Of a DNA stretch of 39,701 nt, positions 11,064-23,821 are shown in pieces. The notes under the pieces were generated by a model. The model saw nothing but the letters and a program-made list of their open reading frames with translations. It was not told the origin of the DNA and ran no database searches. Within the stretch, counting starts at the first letter, position 1. Each line of letters starts with the position of its first letter. The DNA is from Chiloscyllium plagiosum (taxonomy: Eukaryota), in the NCBI RefSeq assembly GCF_004010195.1, contig NC_057711.1, positions 79,150,500 through 79,190,200 on the forward strand. Reading direction: 5' to 3'. A program made the position numbers and the translations under genes.

Positions 11064-11629
11064 AGCATAGTCATGTCGGACCATAGGAAAGAGCGGACTG
11101 GTGGTGGTTTAACCTAAGGGTCGCCATGATTCAGGCCATGGGTAGAACCCACGCGGTTAGCATCACTCTACATCATAAACCAGATGTCCAGATACTAAAA
11201 CATATTCTTGGTAAACACACTCAAGCTTGGTTAATCACATAGTTTCTCTCTAACTGACATAAGAAGTGGAATAATGGTACATTCAGAACCGTACATTTGA
11301 TTAGATCATGGTCCACAGCCATCTTCAGAAAATCAAAATCTTTTGTCTAAGCGATTAATTTCTCAATAGTTCATTTTCCCATGGTTGAATGCTGTGACTA
11401 TCTCAGGTGGTAAATTATAAACATATTCCTGAGGTTTTATTATCTCAGGTGGGGTCTTCGTATATCCTGTATCTCCATCCTATGTGGACTATGTAATGGT
11501 GTAAATTGGCAAAATGTCATCTACTCCCAGTTTCAATAAAAGTCCATGTTTTGGTGAAACACTCTTTTTGTAAAATGTCTGCCTCCAGCTGACGAGATAA
11601 AAATAATCTTTGTTAGATTGTAATAATTT

Positions 11630-12340
11630 GACTTTGTAATAAATGGTGCATTGACAGACAATTGTTTATGATATTGTATTCTTCTTGGACATGAAAACAG
11701 ATGTTATTGCATTTGCTTGCTCATTTATGATCACCCTATGCAAGTTTGAAGAAGGAATTAGCTGCATTCTCAATTTAGTCATCCAAATCAATCATTGACT
11801 ACAGTGGGTCACATTACCCTTCCAAATAACTAGCATTTCTGGTGCTGTAATGGGTCTAATCTTTAGACATTCAAAAAAGGACCTGAGGGGTCATGTTTTC
11901 ATGCAGAGGGTTGTGGTGTGTGGAACGAGCTGCCACAGGAAGTGGTGGAGGCTGGTACCATTATAACATTTAAAAGGCATCTAGATGGATATATGCATCG
12001 GAAAAGATTAGAGGATTATGGGTCAAATGCTGGCAAATGTGACTAGGTCAGATTGGGATGTCTGGTCGCATGGACAAGATAAACTGAACCTTCAATAAGC
12101 ATAATCTAGACTTTAAAACTGCTTCAACATGAACCATTTTACTGCTCTTTTCATTCATTGTTTATGGGTCTGATAACATGCATGCTTCATTAAGGAGATG
12201 TGATAGCTTCCAATGGAGCAGTCCACTACAATGACTGTTTTCCTATCACAAGACATGCTTGGATAGAATTTGTCATATTACATGACAGGGTTTATCAGTA
12301 AACAATGCAGAATGCATTTTTAGGCTGTGTTAAAGCAGAT
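11630..12340. promoter_or_regulatory. Candidate conserved non-coding block split by a CR1 tail
   Basis: Flanks contain no recognisable repeat. TGACAG at 11652-11657 and ATCAATCA (TGATTGAT) at 11787-11794. Conservation not tested. Confidence 0.25.
11866..12088 (+). mobile_element. CR1 3' fragment
   Basis: KKDLRGHVF.QRVV..WNELPQEVVEAGTIITFKRHLDGYM, followed by the 3'UTR. Confidence 0.9.
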
Positions 12341-13380
12341 CAGCACAGGATTTTACAGTCTGTGTGTCTGTTTCCTAGAACAATCCCACTCCTGGATCAC
12401 TTCCCTAGTGGCGGGGGTGGAGGCCTGTAGGTGGAAATGCTACCTCTCCAATTGGCGGGTAGTCAATTGAGGCCAATTAAAATCTATTATGTCCTAGTTT
12501 CAGAGATATTATGGAGCTGTTCGACTGAGTGGACGGGGTCTCCTAGTGCCAGGCTGGGATTCAGTGCTCCAGGTAGGACTTGGGGTCCTTCCCACCTTCC
12601 ATGGTTTCAGCTGCAGTTACAGACCAACCTGTGGAGGGAAGTCCCCTAGCCAGTGGCGGTTGGCTACTAGGAGCATTTTTGTTTTAAAGTAGGAATAAAT
12701 GTTTGAGAGTAGTGATTCCATAGTGGGACATAGTTACCTTCTTATTTGAAAAGATATTGGCTGCCTATTTCAAAAGCCTTTTTACCATCCTTAATCAGAT
12801 AATGAGCTTACTATCTGACCACTAAGTTACATTTTGTAGCGAATCACAGCTGGATGACAGACTACCATTTGACCCTGACATCTAGATTCCATGATCCACA
12901 TGGATAATCCTCTCTGTGATTTGCCAAATGCTACTTATTAATTTGAAATATGGTCTGGTTTAGGATTCTGAATTGCATATTTCTCCAAAACACAAATTTA
13001 TGGTTTGTTGATTTACGATGACCTCCATGCAAGTATTTTGATGCTTCGTATTGGAATCCTTAAGTTCAGAAGAGCTTTGTGTCTTGTATAACTGATCTCT
13101 CAGACAGCTGAATGATGGATTTACATTCACACTGCACATAAGGAGTGGAGTGTATATGTGTCTGGTGTCTAAGTTGAGCAACTGTTGTGGAGGAATTACT
13201 GGAATCTATAATTATGGACAGAATTATTGAACTCTTGGAGAAATTTGATGTGATGATAGAAAGATCGATGTGTTGTTTCAAGTTTTTACTTTAACTCTGG
13301 TAACATGAACATTGATACTGACTTCTTACTGGGAATAAGTTTCAGACATTTATTCAGAGAGCAATTAAAGCTGTAACAAT

Positions 13381-13487
13381 AAAAGCAAAATGCCAAAGGT
13401 GCCAGAGATCTGAAATAAAAGCAGAAAGTGCTGGAGAAACTCAGCAAGTCTGGCAGAATCTATGGAGTCCAATAGCACTTCAGAATA
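13381..13487 (-). mobile_element. Older PLE-terminus-derived repeat, HHR region eroded
   Basis: AAAAGCAAAA..GAGATCTGAAATAAAAGCAGAAAGTGCTGGAGAAACTCAGCAAGTCTGGCAG. Related copies at 25783-25880, 36081-36172 and 38797-39013. Confidence 0.65.
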
Positions 13488-13532
13488 CATTCCATTGAGT
13501 TATGTTACTTTCTTCAAACACATTACTACTTT

Positions 13533-15856
13533 ATGACAGACATTGTAGAGGAAAGGATAACAAAGATGATTCTCGATAGGAGTGAGAAAGACAGGGTAGT
13601 TGTCATGGGAGAGTTCAACTTTCCAAATATTGACTGGGAACACTATAGTACGAGTATTATAGATGGGTCAGTTTTTGTCCAGTGTGTGCAGGAGGGTTTC
13701 CTGACACAGTATGTAGATAGACCTACAAGGGGCAAAGCCACATTAGATTTGTTACTGGGTAATGAGCCCGGCCAGGTGTTAGACTTGGAAGTAGGTGAGC
13801 ATTTTGGTGATAGCGATTAGGCAAGTTTTAGGAAGCATAGGATGGGGAAGGAAACTGCAAGGGATAGGCACATTAGAAATGTGGAGCTTATTCAAGGAAA
13901 AGCTCCTGTGTGTCCTAGATAAGTATGTACCTGTCAGGCAAGGAGGAAACTGTAGAGCGTGGGACCCGTGGTTTACGAAGGAAGTGGAATCTCTGGTCAA
14001 GAGGAAGAAGAAGGCTTATGTTAGGATGAAATGTGAAGGCTCAGTTAGGGCACTTGAGGGTTACAAGGTAGCCAGGAAAGACCTAAAGAGAGAGCTCAGA
14101 AGAGCCAGGAGGAGACATGAGAAGTTGTTGGCGGATAGGATCAGGGTAAACCCTAAGGCGCTAATTGCAACTGCTTAATACCAAGATCGTGGGAACATTT
14201 GTTCCAGCGACATACAGCATATGGTTAGCACCTTTTCCTCATGTCTCACTGAGATTTATTCTTATCTGTAAAATCGTAAGTTATTAACATAATGTTGCTG
14301 AATTTCAGAGCATCTATTTTCCATGAAATTTTCAGCAAAGGTCCCCTGGGCCGAATGGGATTTATCCTAGGATCCTCTGGGAAGCCAGGAAGGAGATTGC
14401 TGAGCCTTTGGCATTGATCTTTAAATCGTCATTGTCTACAGGAATAGTGCCAGAAGACTGGAGGATAGCAAATGTGGTTCCCCTGTTCAAGAAGGGGAGT
14501 AGAGACAACCCAGGTAATTACAGACGAGTGAGCCTTACTTCAGTTGCTGGTAATAGATTACAAGAGATAGGATTTATAATCATCTAGAAAAGAACAATTT
14601 GATTAGGGATAGTCAGCACGGTTTTGTGAAGGGTAGGTCGTGCCTCACAAGCCTTATTAAGTTCTTTGAGAAGGTGACCAAACAGGTAGATGAGAGTAAA
14701 CCGGTTGATGTGGTGTATATGGATTTCAGCAAGGCGTTCGATAAGGTTCCCCACAGTAGGCTATTGTACAAAATGCGGAGGAGTGGGATTGTGGGAGATA
14801 TAGCAGTTTGGATCAGTATTTGGCTTGTTGAAAGAAGACAGAGGGTGGTGGTTGATGGGAAATGTTCATCCTGGAGTCCAGTTACTAGTAGTGTACAGCA
14901 AGGGTCGGTGTTGGGTCCACTGCTGTTCGTCATTTTTATAAATGACCTGGATGAGGGTGTAGAAGGGTGGGTTAGTAAATTTGCAGATGACACTAAGATT
15001 GGTGTAGTTGTGGATAGTGACAAAGGATGTTGTAGGTTACAGACAGACATAGATAAGCTGCAGAGCTGGGCTGAGAGGTGGCAAATGGAGCTTAATGCGA
15101 CAAGTGTGAGGTGATTCACTTTGGTCGGAGTAACCGGAATGCAAAGTACTGGGCTAATGGTAAGATTCTTGGTAGTGTAGATGAGCAGAGAGATCTCGGT
15201 GTCCATGTACACAGATCCTTGAAAGTTGCCACCCAGGTTGACAGGTTGTTAAGAAGGCTTAGAGTGTTTTAGCTTTTATTAATAGAGGGATCGAGTTCTG
15301 GAACCATGAGGTTATGTGCAGCTATACAAAACTCTAGTGCGGCCGCACTTGGAGTATTGTGTACAGTTCTGGTCACCGCATTATAAGAAGGATGTGGAAG
15401 CTTTGGAAAGGGTGCAGAGGAGATTTACTAGGATGTTGCCTGGTATGGAGGGAAAGTCTTACGAGGAAAGGCTGAGGGAAAAAGGTTGAGAGGTGACTTA
15501 ATAGAGATATATAAGGTAATCAGAGGGTTAGATAGGGTGAACAGGGAGAGCCTTTTTCCAAGAATGGTGATGGCGAGCACGAGGGGGCATAGCTTTAAAT
15601 TGAGGGGTGATAGATATAGGACAGATATCAGGGGTAGTTTCTTTACTCAGAGAGTAGTAAGGGTATGGAATGCTTTGCCTGCAACGATAGTAGATTCGCC
15701 AACTTTAAGTACATTTAAGTCGTCATTGAACAAGCATATGGACGTACATGGAGCAGTGTAGGCTGGATGGGCTTCAGATTGGTATGACAGGTTAGCGCAA
15801 CATCGAGGGCCGAAGGGCCTGTACTGCACTGTAATGTTCTATGTTCAATGTTCTAT
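13533..15856 (+). mobile_element. Young 5'-truncated CR1/HER1 LINE ORF2 (APE endonuclease end, RT, 3'UTR) with internal deletions
   Basis: VVMGEFNFPNIDW, PTRGKATLDLLL, FGDSD (EN); PGPNGIYPRIL, QHGFVKGRSCLT, DFSKAFDKVPH, QGSVLGPLLF, SKFADDTK (RT); TRGHSFKL; (ATGTTCT)n-like tail at 15834-15856. Frameshifted. Confidence 0.96.
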
Positions 15857-16189
15857 TGGTGTCTGGGCTTAAGTTAATTGATTTACTGACTCACCTTGTG
15901 GATTGCAAAATGCCACGTTTGTTATTCAAGATGAAACGGATACTTTTCTATGGGAACATCAGATGGCATTATGTCATCTCTTAATTCTTTTAAAAATAGA
16001 TGTTTACCTAATCATTGATACATGCAATATTATAACAAAATCAACAAAAATTTGGAAAACATAGGATGTGTTTAGCAAATTAATAGTTATTTTTAAGGAT
16101 ATAGCTAAAGTAGAAGACTATGTAAATGGATGTAGTTTGTGTGGAATTTAAGAAGCCATATGAAAATGTTTCATATAAGAGGAAGGCAT

Positions 16190-16512
16190 GTGATACTGAT
16201 CAATCAGGAAATTCACATTGATGTGACAATGTATATTTGCACATGCATGTTGAAGTCCAGACCAATGGATACTAATGGTAGGGACTTCAACTTTCATTCC
16301 ATTGCATGCAATTAAGCAACACAATTTTTTATGTCTAAGGTTTAATTCTTCATATGATATTGCTGTCCAGGAATCTGTCTGCGCTTGTCAGCTGTCATTG
16401 GTATGTGCCAGAAGGATTTTCAGGTTGATACTCAACCTATTTGGCCATGTTATCAATGTACCTTCTTTGGTCCTTAAGCCCTGGAATGGAACATGAACTG
16501 CACTGCAAGATC
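16190..16512 (-). mobile_element. Degenerate SINE-headed repeat, related to 4128-4300
   Basis: Minus strand GATCTTGCAGTGCAG-TTCATGTTCCATTCCAGGGCTT...ATAACATGGCCAAATAGGTTGAGTATCAACCTG.AAATCCTTC. Distal boundary uncertain. Confidence 0.45.
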
Positions 16513-16723
16513 ACATAAGACACTGCTGATTGCATTTAAAACTCAGAGAATTGAAGGAAAATTATTGCGTTAGTTATGAGAGAGGTTGAGCAATTGATAA
16601 CAATAAGTGGAGGTAATGGTTATGTGTAGTAATTGAGAGGAAGTGGCTACCTGTATCCAAATTTGTCAATGTCAAAGATTGGTGTTAAAACAAATAATCT
16701 ATGTAAAAACACAACACTACATT

Positions 16724-17039
16724 GGGGCAGCATGGTGGCACAGTGGTTAGCCTCACAGCGCCAGAGACCCAGGTTCAATTCCCACCTCAGGCAACTGTCT
16801 GTGTGGTTTGCACATCCTCCCTGTGTCTGCATGGTTTTCCTATGGGTGCTCCAGTTTCTTCCCACAGTCACAAAGATGTGCAGGTTAGGTGAATTGGCAG
16901 TGCTAAATTGCCCGTAGTGTTAGATGAAGGGGTAAATGTAAGGGAATGGGTCTGGGTGGGTTGCTTTTTGGAGGGATGGTGTGGACTTGTTTGGCCGAAG
17001 GGCCTATTTCCACACTGTAAGTAATCTAATCTAGTCTAA
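16724..17039 (+). mobile_element. Near full-length HE1-type V-SINE
   Basis: GGGGCAGCATGGTGGCACAGTGGTTAG A-box, GGTTCAATTCCC B-box, V-domain, CR1-like tail GGCCGAAGGGCCTATTTCCACACTGTA and (ATCTA)n end. Confidence 0.93.
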
Positions 17040-17789
17040 AGCGATATTGACAAATTAGCTGAGTTGGCAAACTATGATGAATGGATTTCAATGGAGATGA
17101 GTATGAGGTCTGCCATTTTGGAGGCAGAGCGAGCCAGACAACAGAGGAAGGTCAATTTCTGCAGAAGGCAGCTCATGCATGTTAAAGGAGAAATCAAGAG
17201 TGATTGAGAACAGGTCAATGTCAATGCTGAAAGAGGCAATTGTAACAGAAAGCAAGCACTAGTGGAAAGAAAGGGAGTCTTGACAGGTTAATGGTGATGG
17301 AAGCCAAGTCCAAAGTATTGGCAGAGGGCAATTCTGGGCTGACAGGCAGTCAGGGTGACAGTGGGTATCTCAGTTGTCACATAAGACAGGGCTAATGAGA
17401 CAGGTGGAGGGCCAGGCTGATAGAACAAAGGTAAAAGGTGACTGAAGCAGGTTTCAGGCTGATGGCTTGCAGCTCAGGGACCAAATATAGCAGGTGAGGA
17501 GTAGGTGGCACTAATTCACGATTAAAACCTTCTCTCAAACATAATCATTGTGGCTGACAGAGAGTGATTACCTGTTTGGACACTATTTAAATTGCGTCAA
17601 ATTAATGAGTCCTATCCTGCCCCATCTGCAGAACTGGCCATGCCCCTCCACTGAGAATAGCTAACCAGTTGATGGCCGTGTAATTGTGTGAGGCCAGCCT
17701 GTTCACCTCTGACCAGAGGATATGTTGACTTCCAGTCCAGCCTTAATAATAATTGTCACTGCTATAACATTCCATTTTCTGAAGATCCA

Positions 17790-17912
17790 GTGTGTTTTCC
17801 TCAGTGCCGAGGTCAATGCTCAATCATCACTCGAACAGCTTACCTGATCATTACAACTAAATAATTGTGGAAAATTGTTGCTGACATGTTGGTTCCTGGA
17901 TTATAATAGTGT
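17790..17912 (+). mobile_element. Degenerate Deu-domain SINE fragment
   Basis: CTCAATCATCACTCGAACAGCTTACCTGATCATT...TGTGGAAAATTGTTG...TTATAATAGTG loosely resembles the Deu core. Confidence 0.4.
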
Positions 17913-18311
17913 TTGTTGTCTGAAAAAATTAATGCTGGAAAGAACAGAAAGCTCTAACCAATCTCATACAGGCTTGGGTAAGGATAAGGCATAACATCCT
18001 AGGATTGTAGTGCATGCAAATCTATCTCCATAGGTCTTCACATAGTCTTAGCAACAATATCTACTGTGTAACTAAATGCTATCATGTGATAAAATACATC
18101 TTGTTAAAACAAGAGCTTCTTTTTGTTATGACTCAGCTGTTCCTATCCCACTGTAAACCAAATCGGGCCTTAGATCCAATCAAGCAAAGAGAATAGTTGA
18201 CAGCATCTTTCTGCCCACAAACTTCATGCTATAACTGGTGGCAGGCATTATTGCACAAGTTACAACAGCAAAATAATGCAAGAATCCTCACTGGGGCCTC
18301 ATTGAACATTT

Positions 18312-18597
18312 TGAAGGTGAGAGGGGCAAGATTTAAAAGGGACCTAAGGGCATTGTTTTTTCACACAGAGGGTGGTGCATGTATGGAATGAGCTGCTGCC
18401 AGTGAACTGGTGAAGGCTGGTACAATTCCAACATTTAAGGGGTGTTTAGATGGGAATATGAATTGGAAGGATTTAGAGAGATATGGGCCAAATGCTGGCA
18501 AATGAGACTAGATTTATTTAGGATATCTGGTCAGCATGGACAAGTTGGACCGAAGGGTCTGTTTCTATGGTGTACTGTTCTATGACTCCATGACTCT
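18312..18597 (+). mobile_element. CR1 3' fragment
   Basis: KVRGARFKRDLR..FF.QRVVHVWNEL...FKGCLDG, 3'UTR GGACCGAAGGGTCTGTTTC, (ATGACTCT)n-like tail. Confidence 0.92.
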
Positions 18598-19699
18598 AAA
18601 AGGAATTTCCAGAAAATTGAGTGGTTTACAGCTTTAAAGACATCACCACCCTAAGACCCATTCATGCAGATGGTCAGCAGCTATTAGCACTAGAACAGCC
18701 AAGCAGCCAGCAGGAACTCATGGAAAGACCATAAAGGAAAATTGTTCTTCAACTGCAGACCTGATAAGGAAGCACAAAAGAAGCAGTGATAAGCTTAAAG
18801 ACTAGTCATGACTAACTTTTACAAATTTCAGTGGGAAGTGATAATTTGTAAAGTATTGCCGATTTGCGGTTCAGCTAGGAAATAAAAATGGCAGAGTTCC
18901 ACAAGCAGAGATAAAGACCCCTGTTGTACATGGGGAAACACTTAAAGTTTATGATGCAAAAAGAAACAGGCTGGAAAGACTAAAAGAGTACTGTTCACAA
19001 TAAGATTTGTCATCAGAGTGAGTAGACACCATGATGCATGGCTACATTAAGAAATTCAAGATCCATAGAATTCTTTATACCAACATCCGAGCACAGGGAA
19101 TGAATGTCACAATGTAGACCTGAGGCAACAAGAGACAATATAAAAGTTGGAAGAGAGAGAGTCTGTCAGAAGAGAGGGTAAGGAGATTTTTGAGTTTGTG
19201 ATAAAGGCAGGAGATCCTCCTGTGATATTTTAAGCTACGACTGAAGTGAGAGAATGTATTAAGACTACAGGTACAAGACTAAAGTCTTCGGGAAGTCATG
19301 AAAAGGATGTATATTGTGAATTAGGCTGCAAAAGATGGGAAATCATTTGTATTACACACGAAGAAAGGGCAAACTTCCATTTTGCCTGTATAAAGAGGGA
19401 AACTTCTATTTTAACCGTAGGACAGCAGAAAACCCCAGTAAGCCATACACTTAGATCACATTATTATTTAACATACTTAAAAAGTTTAAAAGAAGTGCAA
19501 GATTACAGTATTTAAGACAAGATAAATAAAAGAATATTGCTATTTATAAAAGCAAACGTCTTCATTGGAAAGAGTTTATAGCACCAATGAGAAGCTGCGG
19601 GATTTAAAGATTTTAAAATAAGCAGGATAAGTAATTTTACAAGAAAGATATGGAAGGAGAGATAACAATACCTGCAATATTTAATATCAGACATCAGTC

Positions 19700-20430
19700 A
19701 AATAAAACACAAAACTGGACATCTTGAAGAAAGTAGTTCTGAAGATATAAAATTATTTCAAGCTTAAACACAAACTTATAAGAAAATATGTCATTGTATT
19801 GTTTTTTCTCATTCTCTCGTGGGATATGAGTATCGCTGGTTGGCCAGCAATTTGTTCCCTGTCCCTAACTGCCCTTGATAAGATGATGGTAAGCTAACTT
19901 CTTGAATTTCTGCAGTCCATGTGATGGTAACAATGCCATTAGGGAGAGAATTTCAGGATTTTGACCCAATGACACTACAGGAAAGATAGATTGGAGGAAC
20001 CTTACAGGTGGTGGCATTCCCTTATATCTTCTATAAATAGAATTAGGACCTTATGGCATTATATGATATTATAAATTATCAAAACATAAATGAAGACACA
20101 GGTACATTTTTAAAATAAGTTCTATAGTTTTTGGTAATGATTTTAATCAGGGAACAAATAAATCTCTTAAAAAGTAAAGTTTAATCATATAGATCAGTAT
20201 TCAGGGGAAATCCATGGTTAATTTCATCAATTATCTGTGTGGAATAGTGGAAAACTATGAAATGGAGCTTCGTAATTAGATTTCATTAGCGACAGTATTG
20301 TTATTGGAATTATTGATGAGTCTATGTCAGATTCATTACAGTCCAAAGAAGATCTGACTTTAGAGAATGCCATTCAGCTTTTGCTGGAAGTAGACACTAG
20401 GAAGAGTCACAGAGAAAAAGAACAACTTTA
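19700..20430 (+). pseudogene. Second degenerate Gypsy gag relic, related to 1770-2275
   Basis: GKSMVNFINYLCGIVENYE...SDSIVIGIIDESMSDSLQSKEDLTLENAIQL. Shares GTCCAAAGAAGATC with the first copy. Confidence 0.75.
19800..20032 (-). mobile_element. 3' end of the second CR1-clade LINE family, inserted in the gag relic
   Basis: Minus strand TTCAAGAAGTTAGCTTACCATCATCTTATCAAGGGCAGTTAGGGACAGGG...GCTGGCC..CCAGCGATACTCATATCCCAC. Confidence 0.75.
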
Positions 20431-20484
20431 ATGCAGGAGAACAACATCTCCTATCCACTTTATAAAGTTAAAAAAAACCCTCAA

Positions 20485-20745
20485 AGGCATGGGTTTAAAG
20501 TGAGAAGAGAAAGACTGAAAAGGGATCTGAGGGGCAACATTTTCACATAAAGGGTAGTGCATATGGAACAAGTTGCCAGAGGAAGTAATAGAAGCAGGTA
20601 GAATTACAAGATTTAAAAGACATTTGGGTAAGTACATAGATGGAAAGGTTTAGAGGAATCAGGGACAAACGCAGGCAAATGGGACTAATTCAATTTATGA
20701 AACCTGGTTGGGATGAAGTGTCTGTTTCAGTGCTGTGTGAATTTA
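20485..20745 (+). mobile_element. CR1 3' fragment
   Basis: GHGFKVRRER...DLRGNIFT*RVVHIWNKLPEEVIEAGRITRFKRHLGKYI. Confidence 0.9.
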
Positions 20746-23716
20746 TGTCAAGCTAATACAAAAAGTGGACCAAACACTGCAGCCCGATGTAAATTAATTC
20801 TTCATGCACTAAAGTCACCCTTTTAAAATTTGGTAAATCAAAAATAATAGCAGTTATAAATTTTATATTTTTGGAATTAGAGATTGTCCTGGGAGTAAGG
20901 TAAAACATATGTTATCAATCTCTGTTGTTATGCCCTGCTTAATGTTCAATCCATTGATTTCACTAGAACTGAATATCAGTTCAAGTACCTGCCCCTCACG
21001 TGGTAATAGCAAGCAGTTTGAGCAAATAAGAAAATGAAAGATATTGAAGCCTTCATTTTTTTTTTCTTTTTGTCCATTAGGGTGACCTACTGCGACATGT
21101 TGCAACTTGCTTATTGTCACTGTGGCAAGAGAGTTTTAGAACCTCTATTAAAAGGTGATAAATAGCAACTATTCAAATTCCTTTATTCCTTTTTTGAAAT
21201 TCAAGTCACATAGGCAAAGTGTATCATAGGTAACAAGGCAAAACTCAGTGAAGAGATTTATGAATAGTCAAAATAAAGAATGCTAAAATATATTTTACTA
21301 TGAAAATTGTAAAAAAATGCCTAATGGGTTAACCACTGCTACTCCATAGCAAAGAATGTTAGTGATTAAAACTGAAGTTATTGTTATTAGACTGAAGGGA
21401 TTATTACATGGGCCAATAATAAGAAAAGTGATGTCAATTATAAAATAAAATAAAGAACTCAATCCAAAAAGCACATTCTTAGTAGGTCTTTGTCATTCAA
21501 ACCAATTCTTCAGATATTTATGTAAGAGTCTGACTAGTCTGCGTTTTAAAACTTTGGTTTCAAAACATGCTGTGATTTCAGAAGAAACTAGCTATACATT
21601 TTAAGCAATGTGTTGAGACAGTTTTTTTAAATTCTTAAACATATTGACAGTGAACACAGAATTCAAAAGTAAATGATACTTCACAATATAGCTAGGGGTC
21701 ATGGTGTCACACAGTTCTGTTAACTGGAAAAATGTACAATAGTTTGAATTCCTTTTCTGTTATATAGACTAATGGGAGATGCTCAATCTCCAAGCAAAGC
21801 ATAGACAATAAATAGATTATTTGAAAGAATGGAACTCATCCATCAATTTGACCCCTTCCCTGTCTTTCAAGCTGGTCAGTGCAAAAAGCAGAAGTCCCCC
21901 TGCTTTGCTCATAAAGTTGGAAGTTAGGGTACAATCACTCAATCTCTTTAATTGACCAGTTGCTGAAAAATCTTATTCCAGTGTTCTCGCTTCAGGAAGG
22001 TCTGCCGTCTGTATCTATATCTCTTCCAAAGCCTTGATCTTCTGGAACAATATTGCTTTGTATTCTGCACAATACGTACACCATTTATTCCATGTTAGTG
22101 TCAGCCCTACAGGCAGGAGAATAAATGGTGTATCATTCATACATCTATAGGGATGCCAAAAATAAAGCAAGAACACCCATACATTTATCCATGATCTCCC
22201 ATAATGTTTAAAGCTATCCAGATACAAATTCAATGCATTATCTTAAGAATATGAAGTGTTATTGAGTTTATTAAGCCTTAGTGAATTTCTGATTACTACC
22301 CAGTGACCCAATTGAAAATAAATGGATGTTAAGTTAGGTGCAAATGCAATGAGCTCATAACCATGCAGTGCACAGCAGACTTAAATGTAGATGGTTATGA
22401 TCAAAACATTTGCTGGTGACATGAAAATTGATAGAGGTGGCAAATAGTAAGGAAGATAGCCATAAACTACAGGAAGATATCAACAGAGTGATCAGCTGGG
22501 CAAAATAGTGACAAATGGAATTCAATACAGAAAAGTGTGAGGCAATTCTCTTGAGGCGAGCTAACAAGGCAAGGGATTACATTATAAATGGTAGAACCTT
22601 CTAAAGTACTGAAGATCAGAGAGACCTTTGCATGCACATGTACAGATCCCTGAAGGTAGCAGGGCAGTTAGACAAAGTGCTAAGAAGACATATGGGATTC
22701 TTGTCTTTATTAGCAGAGGGATAGAATACGAGAGCATGGAATTTATGGTGGAACTATATAAAATGCTGGCCAAGTTATAACTTGAATACTGCATGCAATT
22801 TCAGTCACCATATTACAGGAAGGATGGGATTGCAGTGGAGAGGATGCAGAGGAGATTTACCAGGGAGTTACCTAGACTAGTTTCCTGAGCTATGAGGAAA
22901 GATTGGATAGACCTTGGAGCAGCGAAGGCGAGGACCTGATAGATATGTACGTAATTATCAGGGGCATAGACAGGGTGGAAAGGAAGGCATTTTTTCCATC
23001 AGTAAAATCATCAATAACCAGGGGCATACATTTAAAGTAAGGGGTAAAAGACTAAGATTAGAATTGAGCGTTTTCTTTACATTCAGAACATGATAAGAGT
23101 CTGGAACTCACTTTTGAAAGGGTTATTGAGTCAGAAACTCCTACAATGTTTAAGCAATATTTACACTTTCAGTTGCATTGCCATAGCTGACAGGACCAGA
23201 GGGCAAGAGCTGGAAAATGGGATTAGTATAGTCAGATCTTTGTTGAGTATAGGATGATGTGGAGGTGCCGGTGTTGTACTGGGGTGGACAAAGTTAAAAA
23301 TCACTCAACACCAGGTTATAGTCCAACAGGTTTATTTGAAAATACTAACTTTCAGTGCACTGCTCCTTCATTAGGTATCTAGTGGGGCAGGATCATAAGA
23401 CCAGAATTTATAACAAAAGATCATGTATCATGCAATCACAATGGTATATTGAACAAGGAGAAAGGAGACTGGTTCTATGTCGCAGCGAGAAACCGTAATG
23501 ACTTCCTCAAGAGATAGACACAGGATGCAACTGATAGGATAGTTGTCATTGTCCAGTACTTCCCAGGAGTGGAGACCATGTTATTTGCAGCCTGCAACAC
23601 TTTATTAATGAGAATGAGTACCTCACCAAGACCTTTCCTACGCTTCCACTTCTCGCCTTTAAACAACCACCAAATCTTAAACAGACCATTGTTTGCAACA
23701 AACTGCCCAGCCTTCA

Positions 23717-23821
23717 CAGTCGAGATTAGAGTGGTGCTGGAAAAGCACAGCAGATCAGGCAGCATCCGAGGAGCAGGAAAATCGATGTTTCGGGCAAAAG
23801 CCCTTCATCAGGAACTTTTGT
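23717..23821 (-). mobile_element. Mini PLE-derived insertion with a hammerhead and an 8-bp TSD
   Basis: AGCCTTCA at 23709-23716 and 23822-23829. Removing the insert restores the host frame KLPSLQDNT. Confidence 0.9.
23781..23815 (-). ncRNA. Minimal type I hammerhead ribozyme (PLE type)
   Basis: Minus strand GUUC-CUGAUGA-A-GGGC UUUU GCCC-GAAA-C-AUC-GAU. Core and stem II intact, UC/GA stem I. Confidence 0.72.

Larger units (their letters stand above)
10895..11192 (-). mobile_element. tRNA-derived SINE with an (ACCTTT)n tail, interrupted by a mini-PLE insertion
   Basis: AAAGGTAAAGGTAAAGT tail, then ACTGGTGGTGGTTTAACCTAAGGG...GAACCCACGC...AAACCAG..TCCAG. Homologous to 33268-33497. Confidence 0.7.
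16100..17121 (+). mobile_element. Old fragmented CR1 RT relic, host to later SINE insertions
   Basis: Degenerate DVV.VEFKKPYENVSYKR (16128-16182), SKFVN.KIG (16655-16685) and DIDKLAELA...F.....EVCHFG (17043-17121), in the correct order. Confidence 0.65.

Noticed and set aside
10400..11600. LTR-like composition around the SINE (also 35290-36065)
   Set aside because: No defined TG..CA termini, TSD or primer-binding site found.
12345..12900. GC-richer block with CAATTGAGGCCAATTAA suggesting a palindromic DNA element (also 17125-17740)
   Set aside because: Terminal inverted repeats could not be established. Probably an old repeat, but unassignable.
14613..15212. 199-aa minus-strand ORF, the longest in the track
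   Set aside because: Antisense shadow of the CR1 RT region, with no independent protein signature.
16724..16790. tRNA-like A and B boxes (also 10018, 26485, 33420-33497)
   Set aside because: SINE heads that continue into SINE bodies, with no complete cloverleaf.
21420..22250. Possible ancient transposase relic on the minus strand (AEYKAILFQKIKALEE..., LMDEFHSFK)
   Set aside because: No diagnostic motif recognisable by eye. A BLASTX or HMM search against transposase profiles would be needed.
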